A stretch of 64,000 nucleotides of DNA from an uncultured Chitinophagales bacterium (GTDB lineage Bacteria > Bacteroidota > Rhodothermia > Balneolales > HLUCCA01), in the NCBI GenBank assembly GCA_964509715.1, contig CAZDYD010000004.1:952-64951 (forward strand). The letters run 5' to 3'. The translations under genes were made by a program, and so were the position numbers. The notes beneath the pieces are model-generated. The model did not search any database and was not told the origin of the DNA. It saw only the letters and a list, made by a program, of their open reading frames with translations. Positions 18,652-28,249 of this stretch are shown here, piece after piece (the stretch's first letter is position 1; each line of letters opens with the position of its first letter).

Positions 18652-20052
18652 ATGATGAAAAAAAGAAAACCACGTATCGGATTCTTGGGCATCATGCAGG
18701 AGCTGTACGACAAGTCACTTCCGGGGATTACCAAACGGCAGGAGAGTTATGCGCGGGAAGTCTGTGCACAACTTGCTGACATAGCTGATTGGGAATTTCC
18801 ACGTGCGGCCCGAAACCGAGCAGACATTGAAGAGATACTTGGAAACTTTAATCACCAGGGACTGGATGGTGTCATGATCGTCATGCTAACCTATGGTCCT
18901 GCAATGCGAACAGTAAGGGCATTGCAGAAAAACAACCTTCCCATACTCTTGGCGAATATCCAACCGGTACCGGAGGTCACAACGGACTGGGATATGGCCG
19001 ATCTCACCTATAATCAAGGTATCCATGGGGCTCAGGACATGGCCAATGCCATCATCCGCACAAAAGGTGACAACTTTGAGGTTATTTCAGCCGATTGGAA
19101 AAGCGAGGAATTCAAGTCATTCGTGGAGGACTGGGCAAGAGCGGCCCATGCAACGGCAACCCTAAAAAATATGCGTGTTGCGGCGTTTGGTAAAATGCAT
19201 GGCATGGGAGACACCCTTTCAGATGAAGCTGCGTTTACACGCATCATAGGTCCCGAAGTGAATCGAGAGTATATCGGTGAGGTCTACAGGGCCATGGAAT
19301 CGATCACAGAAAATGAAATCAATACTCAGATCGCCATTGAACGTGAACGATTTGTTGTGGATGCAGACATGCCTCAGAATAATCTACATTACGCTGTCAG
19401 AATGTACCTGGGATTCAAAAAATTCCTACTTGAACATAATTATCACGCCTTTTCTGCCCACTTTGACACCTTTAACGGAGATGGCCGATTTGAGCAGATC
19501 AATATGCTTGCGGCATCCAATCTGATGGCTGAAGGGTTTGGCTATGCTGCCGAAGGTGATACCAATACGGCGAGTATCGTAGCTGCAGGACATGTACTGG
19601 AAGACAATGCTCATTTCACAGAAATGTATGCCATGGATTTCAAACGGGGATCTATGTTGATGAGTCATATGGGTGAAGGTAATTGGAAAATCGCTCGCAA
19701 AGACAAACCCGTGCGGCTTGCTAACAGGGTACTTGGCATTGGCGACCTCGACAATCCGCCAACTACTGTATTCATGGCTGAACCCGGTCCAGCAACCATG
19801 GTCTCATTGGTACATCTCAGCGGAGACAGATTTCGACTGGTCACAGCATTTGGTTCTATACTCGACACAGAAGAGTATCCTACCATAGAAATGCCCTATT
19901 TCCATTTCAAACCGTCGACAGGAGTACAAGCTTGCAACGACGGTTGGCTAAAAGCTGGAGGAACACATCACCAGACACTTCATCTCGGTGATCAACGCAG
20001 AAAATGGCAAATGCTTTGTAGAATGCTTGGCATTGAATACACAGAGGTTTGA
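18652..20052 (+). CDS. araA: L-arabinose isomerase family protein (divergent type)
   Basis: Metal/catalytic motifs GYAAEGD, FTEMY, SHMGEG, GGTHH; located within the araB-araD operon. Confidence 0.82.
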   Translation: MMKKRKPRIGFLGIMQELYDKSLPGITKRQESYAREVCAQLADIADWEFPRAARNRADIEEILGNFNHQGLDGVMIVMLTYGPAMRTVRALQKNNLPILLANIQPVPEVTTDWDMADLTYNQGIHGAQDMANAIIRTKGDNFEVISADWKSEEFKSFVEDWARAAHATATLKNMRVAAFGKMHGMGDTLSDEAAFTRIIGPEVNREYIGEVYRAMESITENEINTQIAIERERFVVDADMPQNNLHYAVRMYLGFKKFLLEHNYHAFSAHFDTFNGDGRFEQINMLAASNLMAEGFGYAAEGDTNTASIVAAGHVLEDNAHFTEMYAMDFKRGSMLMSHMGEGNWKIARKDKPVRLANRVLGIGDLDNPPTTVFMAEPGPATMVSLVHLSGDRFRLVTAFGSILDTEEYPTIEMPYFHFKPSTGVQACNDGWLKAGGTHHQTLHLGDQRRKWQMLCRMLGIEYTEV

Positions 20053-20110
20053 TTCATTGACACATCATCAACTAAACATCTAAAAATGTAGCAAATCCAA
20101 AGGATACAAT

Positions 20111-21865
20111 ATGGGTACGTTGTCAGTTATAGATTGGGTCGTAGTCGCACTATATTTCACACTCATCATTGGTGTGGCATGGTGGGTCATCAAGCAAAGG
20201 ACCAAAACACCGACAGATTATTTTCTGGCGGGACGTCATTTAGGATGGTTCATCGTTGGAACCTCGATTTTTGCCTCCAACATTGGATCTGAGCACCTTG
20301 TCGGGTTAGCTGGATCAGGTGCGACCGATGGGGTTGCCATGGCACATTATGAACTGCATGCCTGGTGCTTGCTCGTGCTCGGATGGGTCATGATCCCCTT
20401 TTATATTCGGTCGAAAGTGTTCACCATGCCTGAATTTTTGGAAAAGCGCTTCTCTCCATTGGCGCGGACCCTTCTATCAGTCGTATCACTTATCGCATAC
20501 ATACTTACAAAAATTGCAGTTGGAATTTTTGCCGGCGGGATTGTTTTCAGCGTGCTCCTACCTGATCTGAACTTCATGGGGATGGACAGCTTCTGGATTG
20601 GTTCCATACTCGTAATCGTATTTACTGGTATTTATACTGTCCTGGGCGGATTACGGGCGGTAGCCTATACGGAAGCGATCCAGGCAGTAGTGCTGGTATT
20701 TGGCTCACTTTTGGTACTCGTCTACGGACTGAACGCACTGGGTGGATGGGATCGTCTATACGAGATCACAGGTCCTGAAATGTTCAATCTCTGGAAACCT
20801 ATGGTACCTGAAGGGATGGAAGCAACATGGGCGCCGGTACTGACTGAGACCCGTATGGCATGGTACTTCAATAATCAATACCCTTGGCTTGGGATGCTTT
20901 TTGCAGCCCCAATCGTAGGATTATGGTACTGGACCACAGATCAGTATATCGTCCAGCGTGCATTGGGAGCTTCGAGTGAAATGGAAGCCCGCCGCGGAAC
21001 AATCGCTGCTGCATTTCTTAAGCTCTTTCCAGTATTTATCTTCATTATTCCGGGTATCATCGCATATGCCTTGGCCCAATCCGGTGAACTGGCTGTATTC
21101 CAGGCGCACTTGTTGGATGAAAATGGAGACATCATCGCACAAAATGCCCAAGCCGCCTTCCCGATGATGGTTGCTCACGTACTACCTGTCGGCGTGCGTG
21201 GTATTGTTGTGGCCGGACTACTTGCTGCACTGATGAGCTCATTGGCAGGTGTCTTCAATGCATCATCCACACTTTTCACAATGGACCTCTACCAAAAACT
21301 GAAACCGAATGCATCGGGTGAACACCTTGTCCTAATGGGTCGTATCGCAACCACGGTCATGGTCCTGATCGGTTTGATGTGGATTCCGGTAATTCAAGGT
21401 AGCCGTGGTCTCTATGACTATCTCCAGGGAGTTCAATCCTATCTGGCTCCGCCTATATTTGTCGTCTTTTTCATGGGGATCTTTAACAAAAGACTCAACA
21501 AACAGGGATGCTTATCCGCTCTGTTTGTGGGATTGTTCCTCGGATTATTCCGTCTGGCGGTCGATACTCCGGTCATGTTGATCGAAGGATTCGCATATCC
21601 GGAAGGATCGTTCCTATGGATCATAAACAATATCTTTTTCCAATACTACAGTCTTGGGATCTTTGTCATTTGTGTGCTGGTCATGGTTGGTGTGAGCTAT
21701 AGCACAGCTGTTCCCGATTATCAACGAATATCAGGGCTGACATTCGGAACCCTGACAAGTGAAGACCGATCCATCTCCCGTAAGAGCTGGACATGGTTCG
21801 ACGTGGCAACATCATCTCTGTTGATGGTTATCATCATTACCATTTACTTACTGTTCCGTGGCTGA
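20111..21865 (+). CDS. Sodium:solute symporter (SSS), probable arabinose transporter
   Basis: YFLAGR, FASNIGSEHLVGLAGSG, TMPEFLEKRF, WYWTTDQYIVQR, AALMSSL. Confidence 0.92.
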   Translation: MGTLSVIDWVVVALYFTLIIGVAWWVIKQRTKTPTDYFLAGRHLGWFIVGTSIFASNIGSEHLVGLAGSGATDGVAMAHYELHAWCLLVLGWVMIPFYIRSKVFTMPEFLEKRFSPLARTLLSVVSLIAYILTKIAVGIFAGGIVFSVLLPDLNFMGMDSFWIGSILVIVFTGIYTVLGGLRAVAYTEAIQAVVLVFGSLLVLVYGLNALGGWDRLYEITGPEMFNLWKPMVPEGMEATWAPVLTETRMAWYFNNQYPWLGMLFAAPIVGLWYWTTDQYIVQRALGASSEMEARRGTIAAAFLKLFPVFIFIIPGIIAYALAQSGELAVFQAHLLDENGDIIAQNAQAAFPMMVAHVLPVGVRGIVVAGLLAALMSSLAGVFNASSTLFTMDLYQKLKPNASGEHLVLMGRIATTVMVLIGLMWIPVIQGSRGLYDYLQGVQSYLAPPIFVVFFMGIFNKRLNKQGCLSALFVGLFLGLFRLAVDTPVMLIEGFAYPEGSFLWIINNIFFQYYSLGIFVICVLVMVGVSYSTAVPDYQRISGLTFGTLTSEDRSISRKSWTWFDVATSSLLMVIIITIYLLFRG

Positions 21866-21900
21866 TAGACAAAAGACATGACAAATTTCATTCTTACTTA

Positions 21901-23091
21901 ATGACTACAAAAATGTTTTACAAAAAAGAAAAATCGAATACCACTGCATCATCGCGAATGTCTGCCTGGCTACTCACTCCAGTATATGTGGTTAGCTTGA
22001 TCATCCTGACAGGGTGTACAAAAGAAAAACCAGCGGTAACACCAGCTTCCGATGTAACGATTGAGCAAGTGGTTTTTGGTGGACTGGAAGATGGTAGAAC
22101 GGCCGATCTATTCACGCTAACCAATTCCTCCGGGATGATCGTTCGAATCACAAACTATGGCGGTATCATCACATCAATCCATGTCCCAGACAAAAATGGG
22201 AACTCTGAAAATGTGGTGTTGGGCTTCGACAATCTGGATCAATACCTGGATGATCACCCCTATTTCGGTGCATTGATCGGGCGCTATGGAAATCGAATTG
22301 CCGGAGGCACCTTTGAATTGGATGGTAATGTCTATCAGTTACCCGTAAACGACGGTAACAATCAGCTTCATGGCGGCGATGGTGGTTATCACTCCGTGCT
22401 ATGGGATGCTGAGATCATAAACGAAAACCAACTCAAGCTTACCTATTTCAGTCCTGACGGTGAGGAGGGATTCCCCGGAAATCTACAGGTAACTGTGATT
22501 TACTCCTTGACACCAGAGAATGAACTACGAATCGACTATGAGGCTGAAACAGATAAAACGACTCATGTGAATCTGACCAATCATGCGTATTTCAATCTGT
22601 CGGGGGACTTATCATCCGACATTCTTGACCACCTGCTCTCAATAAACGCCGATCACTACACCCCTGTAAACGATCAACTGATTCCAACCGGTGAAATCAC
22701 GGAAGTAACAGGTACTGCATTTGACTTCAGAAATCCATATGCAATTGGTGCGAGAATTGGCGATATTCCCGGTGGATATGATCATAATTATGTATTGAAG
22801 AGGTATTCCGAGGACATGGAAAAAATTGCAGAACTCTTACATCCTGCTACGGGTAGGAAAATGGAGGTTTATACAACTGAACCTGGACTGCAATTCTATT
22901 CAGGGAATTTTCTGGATGGAAGTCTGCGTGGTTTTGATGGAATTCAGTATCAAAAATATGGTGGATTATGCCTCGAAACCCAGCACTTTCCTGATACACC
23001 GAATCAACCACACTTCCCCTCAACAATATTGACACCGGGTGAGAAATATCGAACATCAACCGTGTATTCATTTTCTGTGGAGAGTGAATGA
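21901..23091 (+). CDS. galM: Aldose 1-epimerase (mutarotase), probable lipoprotein; start uncertain (21901-21958)
   Basis: YFGALIGRYGNRIA, LHGG, NLTNHAYFNL, GYDHNY, CLETQHFPDTPN; lipobox ILTG-C. Confidence 0.92.
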   Translation: MTTKMFYKKEKSNTTASSRMSAWLLTPVYVVSLIILTGCTKEKPAVTPASDVTIEQVVFGGLEDGRTADLFTLTNSSGMIVRITNYGGIITSIHVPDKNGNSENVVLGFDNLDQYLDDHPYFGALIGRYGNRIAGGTFELDGNVYQLPVNDGNNQLHGGDGGYHSVLWDAEIINENQLKLTYFSPDGEEGFPGNLQVTVIYSLTPENELRIDYEAETDKTTHVNLTNHAYFNLSGDLSSDILDHLLSINADHYTPVNDQLIPTGEITEVTGTAFDFRNPYAIGARIGDIPGGYDHNYVLKRYSEDMEKIAELLHPATGRKMEVYTTEPGLQFYSGNFLDGSLRGFDGIQYQKYGGLCLETQHFPDTPNQPHFPSTILTPGEKYRTSTVYSFSVESE

Positions 23092-23792
23092 CGGACGCTT
23101 ATGAAAAACATGACCGGGTATTAGTTGCCCTGGATTGTATTATTTTTGGTTTCGATCGACAAGACTTGAAGTTACTGCTCATCAAGAGAAATTTTGAACC
23201 GGAGATGGGCAAATGGTCACTCATGGGCGGATTTCTCAGAAAAGATGAAGGGTTGGATGATGCAGCATCCCGCATACTTGAGGATTTAACGGGATTGAAA
23301 AACATTTACCTCGAACAGTTAAATGCATTTGGCGCGGTCGGTAGGGATCCTGTCGACCGTACCGTCTCAGTTGCATATTATGCACTCGTTGACATCCATA
23401 AACATGACAAGGAACTGGTCAAGAAGTATGATGCTCAATGGTTCTCGATGGATGAAATCCCTGAACTGATATTTGATCACACCGAAATGGTTCAAAGTGC
23501 CTTGAAGCGATTGCGTTATAAGGCATCCTATCAACCCGTTGGGTTTGAGCTACTGCCAGTGAAATTTACTTTGCCGGAGCTACAACAATTATACGAAGCC
23601 ATCTATGACACAACCATCGACAAACGGAACTTCCGCCGCCGGATTTTGTCCATGGATATATTGATCAATACCGGAGAGAAGCAAAAAGAACACTCGAAAA
23701 AAGGTGCTTATCTCTACACTTTTGATGAGAAAAAATACCTCGAAGGCGTGAATGGTGGTGACAACTTTAAGTTCAAAAGTAGCATCTCTTGA
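23088..23792 (+). CDS. araR: NrtR-family (Nudix + wHTH) transcriptional regulator, AraR-like
   Basis: VALDCIIFGF, WSLMGGF, YLEQL..FG...RDP, FTLPELQQLYEAI, DKRNFRRRIL; last gene of the ara operon. Confidence 0.85.
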   Translation: MTDAYEKHDRVLVALDCIIFGFDRQDLKLLLIKRNFEPEMGKWSLMGGFLRKDEGLDDAASRILEDLTGLKNIYLEQLNAFGAVGRDPVDRTVSVAYYALVDIHKHDKELVKKYDAQWFSMDEIPELIFDHTEMVQSALKRLRYKASYQPVGFELLPVKFTLPELQQLYEAIYDTTIDKRNFRRRILSMDILINTGEKQKEHSKKGAYLYTFDEKKYLEGVNGGDNFKFKSSIS

Positions 23793-23809
23793 GGCTGTTT
23801 TGCACCCAA

Positions 23810-23830
23810 TGTTTACCATTTGTTTACCAT
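23810..23830 (+). repeat. Tandem 10-bp direct repeat TGTTTACCAT x2 (possible integrase arm-type sites)
   Basis: Copies at 23810-23819 and 23821-23830, just beyond the tRNA-Leu terminator. Confidence 0.5.
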
Positions 23831-23871
23831 AAAAACAAAAAAGCCTCGCAACTCATTGAGTTACAAGGCTT
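23831..23871 (-). terminator. Intrinsic terminator after tRNA-Leu
   Basis: Minus strand reads AAGCCTTGTAACTC-AAT-GAGTTGCGAGGCTT followed by TTTTGTTTTT. Confidence 0.75.
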
Positions 23872-23886
23872 AAGATTTTAGCGGTG

Positions 23887-23970
23887 TGCCCTGGACTGGA
23901 CTCGAACCAGCATGCCGTTTCCAGCACTACCCCCTCAAGATAGCGTGTCTACCAATTTCACCACCAGGGC
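23887..23970 (-). tRNA. tRNA-Leu(GAG)
   Basis: GCCCTGG/CCAGGGC acceptor stem; D-loop TGGTAGAC; anticodon arm CTATC-TTGAGGG-GGTAG; long variable arm; TTCGAGT T-loop; CCA not encoded. Confidence 0.96.
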
Positions 23971-24062
23971 ATTTGAGTGTAGACTCCAAATATACGATGT
24001 ATTTCGGGCTTAATGCAAGTCAAAATAAACCAGTCTTAACGGTATTATCAAATTGTTACTCT

Positions 24063-24240
24063 GTTGACTCAAACCTGCGATTGTACTATCGTAGATGAAC
24101 TTCCTTCCATCAGCATTGCATTGATCGGGGGTTGATATCAAACCTGTGATTGTACTATCGTTGATGTATGCCACGTACCCAGTGTAAGCAAGATGAATTT
24201 TGATGCATCCTGTGTTTATTATCGCAGTTGACCTCCAAAC
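24063..24240. repeat. Degenerate direct repeat: two 29-bp copies (27/29 identical, period 69) plus a decayed third copy
   Basis: TCAAACCTGCGATTGTACTATCGTAGATG (24069-24097) and TCAAACCTGTGATTGTACTATCGTTGATG (24138-24166); CCTGTGTTTATTATCGCAGTTG at 24209-24230. Confidence 0.8.
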
Positions 24241-24252
24241 AATACAATTGAT

Positions 24253-25167
24253 ATGAATCGGTTTATAATTTTGATTACCATATTGTTTCTGGCATCCTGT
24301 TCGAAGTCCGACGTTACACCAATGAAACACTCAGATTTTAATCACATTTCGATTCCAAATCCTGACTTTCAGGGACATCGTGGCGCACGGGGACTCCTTC
24401 CTGAAAACACGATTCCCTCTTTTATCCGTGCTTTGGAACTCGGCGTAACAACACTTGAATTGGACTTGGTGGTTTCAAGAGATTCACAGCTTGTTGTTTC
24501 ACACGAACCCTGGTTCAATCCCGATATTTCTTCACATCCTGATGGTTTACCTGTCCTTCCGGATGAAGCCAAGATGCTGAATATGTTCCTCATGGACTAC
24601 TCTGAGATCAAACAATTCGATGTTGGTCAGCGAGGAAATCCCCGATTCCCAGAACAGGTTCCTGTAGCTGCATACAAACCCACCTTGGCTGAAGTGGTTA
24701 TGGCTTCTGAGAATTGGCTTAAAAACAACAACAAGAATCCTGTATGGTACAATATTGAGACAAAAAGTAATCCATCAGAGTACGACGATTACTATCCCCA
24801 ACCCGATACTTTCGCTGAATTGCTCTACTCTGAAATTATCCGTCTCGGTATCGCTGATCGCACTGTTGTTCAATCCTTTGATCCCAATACTTTGATAGCC
24901 CTCAGAGAGATAAATCCAAATATCATTCAAGCCTTGCTCGTTGAAAATGAGGATGCGCTCGATGTCAACTTGGATCGTCTCGGATATTTGCCCGAGATAT
25001 ACTCTCCATATTATCGTCTTGTAACTAAGGAGTTGGTCGATGCTGTTCATGAGAAAGGGATGCGGATCATTCCGTGGACTATAAACTCAACAATTGATAT
25101 GCAACGACTACTTGATCTCGGTGTGGATGGAATCATAACCGATTATCCAGATAGAATCCCCCGATGA
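24253..25167 (+). CDS. glpQ: Glycerophosphodiester phosphodiesterase, lipoprotein
   Basis: QGHRGARGLLPENT, LELDLVVSRD...VVSHE, NIETKS, QSFD, PWTIN, GIITDYP; lipobox FLAS-C. Confidence 0.93.
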   Translation: MNRFIILITILFLASCSKSDVTPMKHSDFNHISIPNPDFQGHRGARGLLPENTIPSFIRALELGVTTLELDLVVSRDSQLVVSHEPWFNPDISSHPDGLPVLPDEAKMLNMFLMDYSEIKQFDVGQRGNPRFPEQVPVAAYKPTLAEVVMASENWLKNNNKNPVWYNIETKSNPSEYDDYYPQPDTFAELLYSEIIRLGIADRTVVQSFDPNTLIALREINPNIIQALLVENEDALDVNLDRLGYLPEIYSPYYRLVTKELVDAVHEKGMRIIPWTINSTIDMQRLLDLGVDGIITDYPDRIPR

Positions 25168-25270
25168 CTTGCATAGGCATAAATCGATAATAATTCCGTA
25201 ATTTTGTTCGTTGGCCAAAGAGGTCATATAACGGATGCGCCGCATCCAATCAGCAACGCATAAGAATTAG

Positions 25271-26590
25271 ATGGACACAGATAAACGCTATGAGAAAAGG
25301 GGACCTGAGAAGGACTCCGAACGACCGAGACGCCCCAGAACTTCAGATAAACCGAGAAGTTCAGACAGGTCCAGAAGTACTGATCGACCTAAAAGAGCTA
25401 ACAGTAATGATGAGGGATTCAAAGTAGACCGCCCGAAATCAGACGACAGAAAATCAAGCTGGGACCGCCCGAAGTCCGGTGAACGTAGTTTTAAATCCGA
25501 CCGTCCGAAATCAGACGACAGAAAATCGAGCTGGGACCGTCCGAAGTCCGGCGAGCGCAGTTTCAAATCCGACCGCCCGGGCTCAGACGACAGAAAATCG
25601 AGCTGGGACCGTCCGAAGTCCGGCGATCGTAGTTTCAAATCCGACCGCCCGGGCTCAGACGACAGAAAATCGAGCTGGGACCGCCCGAAGTCCGGCGAAC
25701 GCAGTTTCAAATCCGACCGTCCGGGCTCAGACCGGTCCTCCTCCTCAGACCGTAAATTCGACAACAAACGTCCAACCGGTCGTCCCTTCGGAAGAAAATC
25801 CACAGACTACGAAGACACCGATGCACAATTTCGTCACGCCTCCTTCAGTTCCAAGGACAGCGACTGGAGATTGAACAAATACATCGCAAACTCAGGCGTG
25901 TGCTCACGACGAGAAGCCGACACCATCATCGCAGATGGAAAAGTCACCGTGAACGGCGTCGTAGTTACCGAACTTGGCACAAAAATATCCAACAAAGACG
26001 TAGTCAAGGTAGATGGTGCAGAAATCAGTCCTGAAGACTTTACCTATTTACTCCTCAACAAGCCGAAAAACTACATCACCACCGTAGAGGATGAAAAAGG
26101 CCGTCGTACAGTTATGGATTTGGTGTCAGAAGCAACCGGTCTACGTGTCTATCCCGTAGGACGACTTGACCGAAATACAACCGGACTTCTACTTATGACC
26201 AACGATGGGGATTTGGCCAACCGACTCATGCATCCGTCATACAAAGTAAAGAAAACCTACATTGTTGAAACAGACATCTCATTTACCGATGAACAAATCC
26301 TGCAAATGCGTCAGGGAATTCAGTTGGACGATGGCATGGCCGCTGCACATGAAGCCAGACGTGTACCAGGCAGTCCGAACGCGCTGAAAATATCCATTTT
26401 CGAAGGACGTAATCGTCAGATTCGTCGCATGATCGAATTTTTTGGCCTGCAAGTGGAAAAGCTTCATCGCACCTATTATGCCGGGCTCGACATCAAGGAC
26501 ATCCGTCCAGGAAGATGGAGATTTCTCAAGCCGGAAGAGGTGAACAACCTCAGAATGCTCGTCAAATTATTTGATTTAAAGCAAAAATAA
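25271..26590 (+). CDS. rluB: 23S rRNA pseudouridine synthase (RluB/RluF family) with long charged N-terminal extension
   Basis: S4 domain RLNKYIANSGVCSRREAD; catalytic VGRLDRNTTGLLL; EGRNRQIRRM. Confidence 0.9.
   Translation: MDTDKRYEKRGPEKDSERPRRPRTSDKPRSSDRSRSTDRPKRANSNDEGFKVDRPKSDDRKSSWDRPKSGERSFKSDRPKSDDRKSSWDRPKSGERSFKSDRPGSDDRKSSWDRPKSGDRSFKSDRPGSDDRKSSWDRPKSGERSFKSDRPGSDRSSSSDRKFDNKRPTGRPFGRKSTDYEDTDAQFRHASFSSKDSDWRLNKYIANSGVCSRREADTIIADGKVTVNGVVVTELGTKISNKDVVKVDGAEISPEDFTYLLLNKPKNYITTVEDEKGRRTVMDLVSEATGLRVYPVGRLDRNTTGLLLMTNDGDLANRLMHPSYKVKKTYIVETDISFTDEQILQMRQGIQLDDGMAAAHEARRVPGSPNALKISIFEGRNRQIRRMIEFFGLQVEKLHRTYYAGLDIKDIRPGRWRFLKPEEVNNLRMLVKLFDLKQK
25427..25732 (+). repeat. 72-bp coding tandem repeat, four full copies plus a partial (24-aa unit)
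   Basis: Unit DRP(K/G)SDDRKSSWDRPKSG(E/D)RSFKS; copies start at 25427, 25499, 25571 and 25643. Confidence 0.95.
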
Positions 26591-26625
26591 TGTATCTATT
26601 CGTATAGCGTCTAATACTTGATACT

Positions 26626-27498
26626 ATGCAATACAAAGTCATAAAAAAGCATTCAGGAACTTTGCCCTCCAGCGATGGCTTGACCATTGCTTATGATCTT
26701 TACGCGCCATATAGTGATACTACATCAATTCCGGTGATAGTATTCCTGCATGGCTTTAAAGGATTTAAGGATTGGGGTACTTTTCCTGATGCTTTTTTTG
26801 AAATGGCTCGACAAGGTTTCGCGGTACTGGCCATGAATTTTGGGCATGATGGCATCAATTCCACCACCGGGCTAGTCGATCAACCCGACCTGTTTTTCAC
26901 ACAGACGATCTCACAAGAGGTTGAAGACGTAAAATGTGTTGTGGATGCCATCATGAACGGGTCCATAGGCACATCTGCCGGACTTGGTGATTTATATCCT
27001 TTAGGGATTATTGGACATTCGCGTGGGGGATTGACAGCCATCATTGCCGCTGCCGAAGTCGATGAGATCTCATGTCTCGTTACCTGGGCCTCCGTTGCAG
27101 ATGCCCTGGATCTCCTCGATCCCAATCTTATCAATGCGTGGCAGACGAATGGTATCGTTGAGGTTAACAATAAACGCACCGGACAAGTTCTTGAAATTGG
27201 CCCGGATTTGATAAAAGACCTTACCGAAAATCGCGAAAGATTATCTGCAAAACATCGGGTAAAAGACCTTTTTATCCCTTGCCTGTTCATCCATGGCACA
27301 GAAGATGAAACGGTTCATCACCTTCATTCACAGACACTGCATGAAGCTTGTGCCAGCGTTGACAAGGAAAAATATCTGATCGATGGAGCCAGCCATACTT
27401 TCGGATGCAGCCACCCTTTCGATGGTGAAGAGTTGCCACCTCATTTTTCTGAAGTCGTCGATCAAACAATCAGATGGTTTCAGACATACATGATCTGA
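26626..27498 (+). CDS. Alpha/beta hydrolase
   Basis: HGFKGFKDWG; nucleophile GHSRGG; HGTEDETV; catalytic His in ASHTF. Confidence 0.9.
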   Translation: MQYKVIKKHSGTLPSSDGLTIAYDLYAPYSDTTSIPVIVFLHGFKGFKDWGTFPDAFFEMARQGFAVLAMNFGHDGINSTTGLVDQPDLFFTQTISQEVEDVKCVVDAIMNGSIGTSAGLGDLYPLGIIGHSRGGLTAIIAAAEVDEISCLVTWASVADALDLLDPNLINAWQTNGIVEVNNKRTGQVLEIGPDLIKDLTENRERLSAKHRVKDLFIPCLFIHGTEDETVHHLHSQTLHEACASVDKEKYLIDGASHTFGCSHPFDGEELPPHFSEVVDQTIRWFQTYMI

Positions 27499-27499
27499 T

Positions 27500-28222
27500 A
27501 TGTTGCAACTGCATAATTGTCCTCCCATTGAATATATCCGACGTCCCCGACAGCGAAACATCCGCATCCGGGTCAAATCCGATAGAATTATGGTTTCAGG
27601 ACCATGGTATTGCTCACACAAAGCGATGTCTGACTTTGTTTCAGAGCGCCGTGATTGGATCGAAAATGCTGTTAAAAATCTAAACTTCCGACAAAATCAT
27701 CATCAATCGTTATTGGCGAACCAAAGTGATAAGATCCTTCTGCGTGGCCAATGGATTCCGATGATGTTAAGACACTCCATCCCGGAATCCGAAGACTGGA
27801 AGCTGATAGAAAGGGAGGGAAGGGTAGATGTATATCCACCTGCAAATGTAATAGTCAATTCAGTAGCTGAGGTCCCGTCAGAGGTAAAAAGGGAATATTT
27901 GTTCGAAACAGCCCGGATAGAACTACCCCTCCGATTCAAAGCAATCGCATCTCAATTACCCTTCAAATGGAACCGCATTTTCATTAGATCACAAAAAACA
28001 AAATGGGGGACCTGCTCGAGTAAGGGTAACATTTCTTTGAATTGGAGACTGATCATGTGTCCGCCGCATATTCTGGAATACCTAATCATCCATGAGTTAT
28101 GTCATACAGTGCACATGAACCATAGCAGAGCTTATTGGGACTTGGTACGATCCCATTATCCGGAGGTGGATGCTGCCAATTTGTGGCTCAAGAAGCAGGG
28201 CAACATCTGTTTTATGGTCTGA
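27500..28222 (+). CDS. M48/YgjP (DUF45, SprT-like) zinc metalloprotein
   Basis: RSQKTKWGTCS, ISLNWRLI, YLIIHELCHTVHMNHS. Confidence 0.92.
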   Translation: MLQLHNCPPIEYIRRPRQRNIRIRVKSDRIMVSGPWYCSHKAMSDFVSERRDWIENAVKNLNFRQNHHQSLLANQSDKILLRGQWIPMMLRHSIPESEDWKLIEREGRVDVYPPANVIVNSVAEVPSEVKREYLFETARIELPLRFKAIASQLPFKWNRIFIRSQKTKWGTCSSKGNISLNWRLIMCPPHILEYLIIHELCHTVHMNHSRAYWDLVRSHYPEVDAANLWLKKQGNICFMV

Positions 28223-28249
28223 AAAAGCTGATGTAGATCCCTGATCAAC

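Noticed and set aside
24063-24240. Calling the repeat a CRISPR array
   Set aside because: Only two good copies, no leader and no cas genes in the window; kept as an unexplained repeat.
24010-24330. 106-aa minus-strand ORF
   Set aside because: Its start lies inside glpQ, it has no recognisable domain, and its composition is unremarkable.
25288-25803. 171-aa repetitive antisense ORF
   Set aside because: Shadow of the rluB tandem repeat; the open frame follows from the repeat's codon content.
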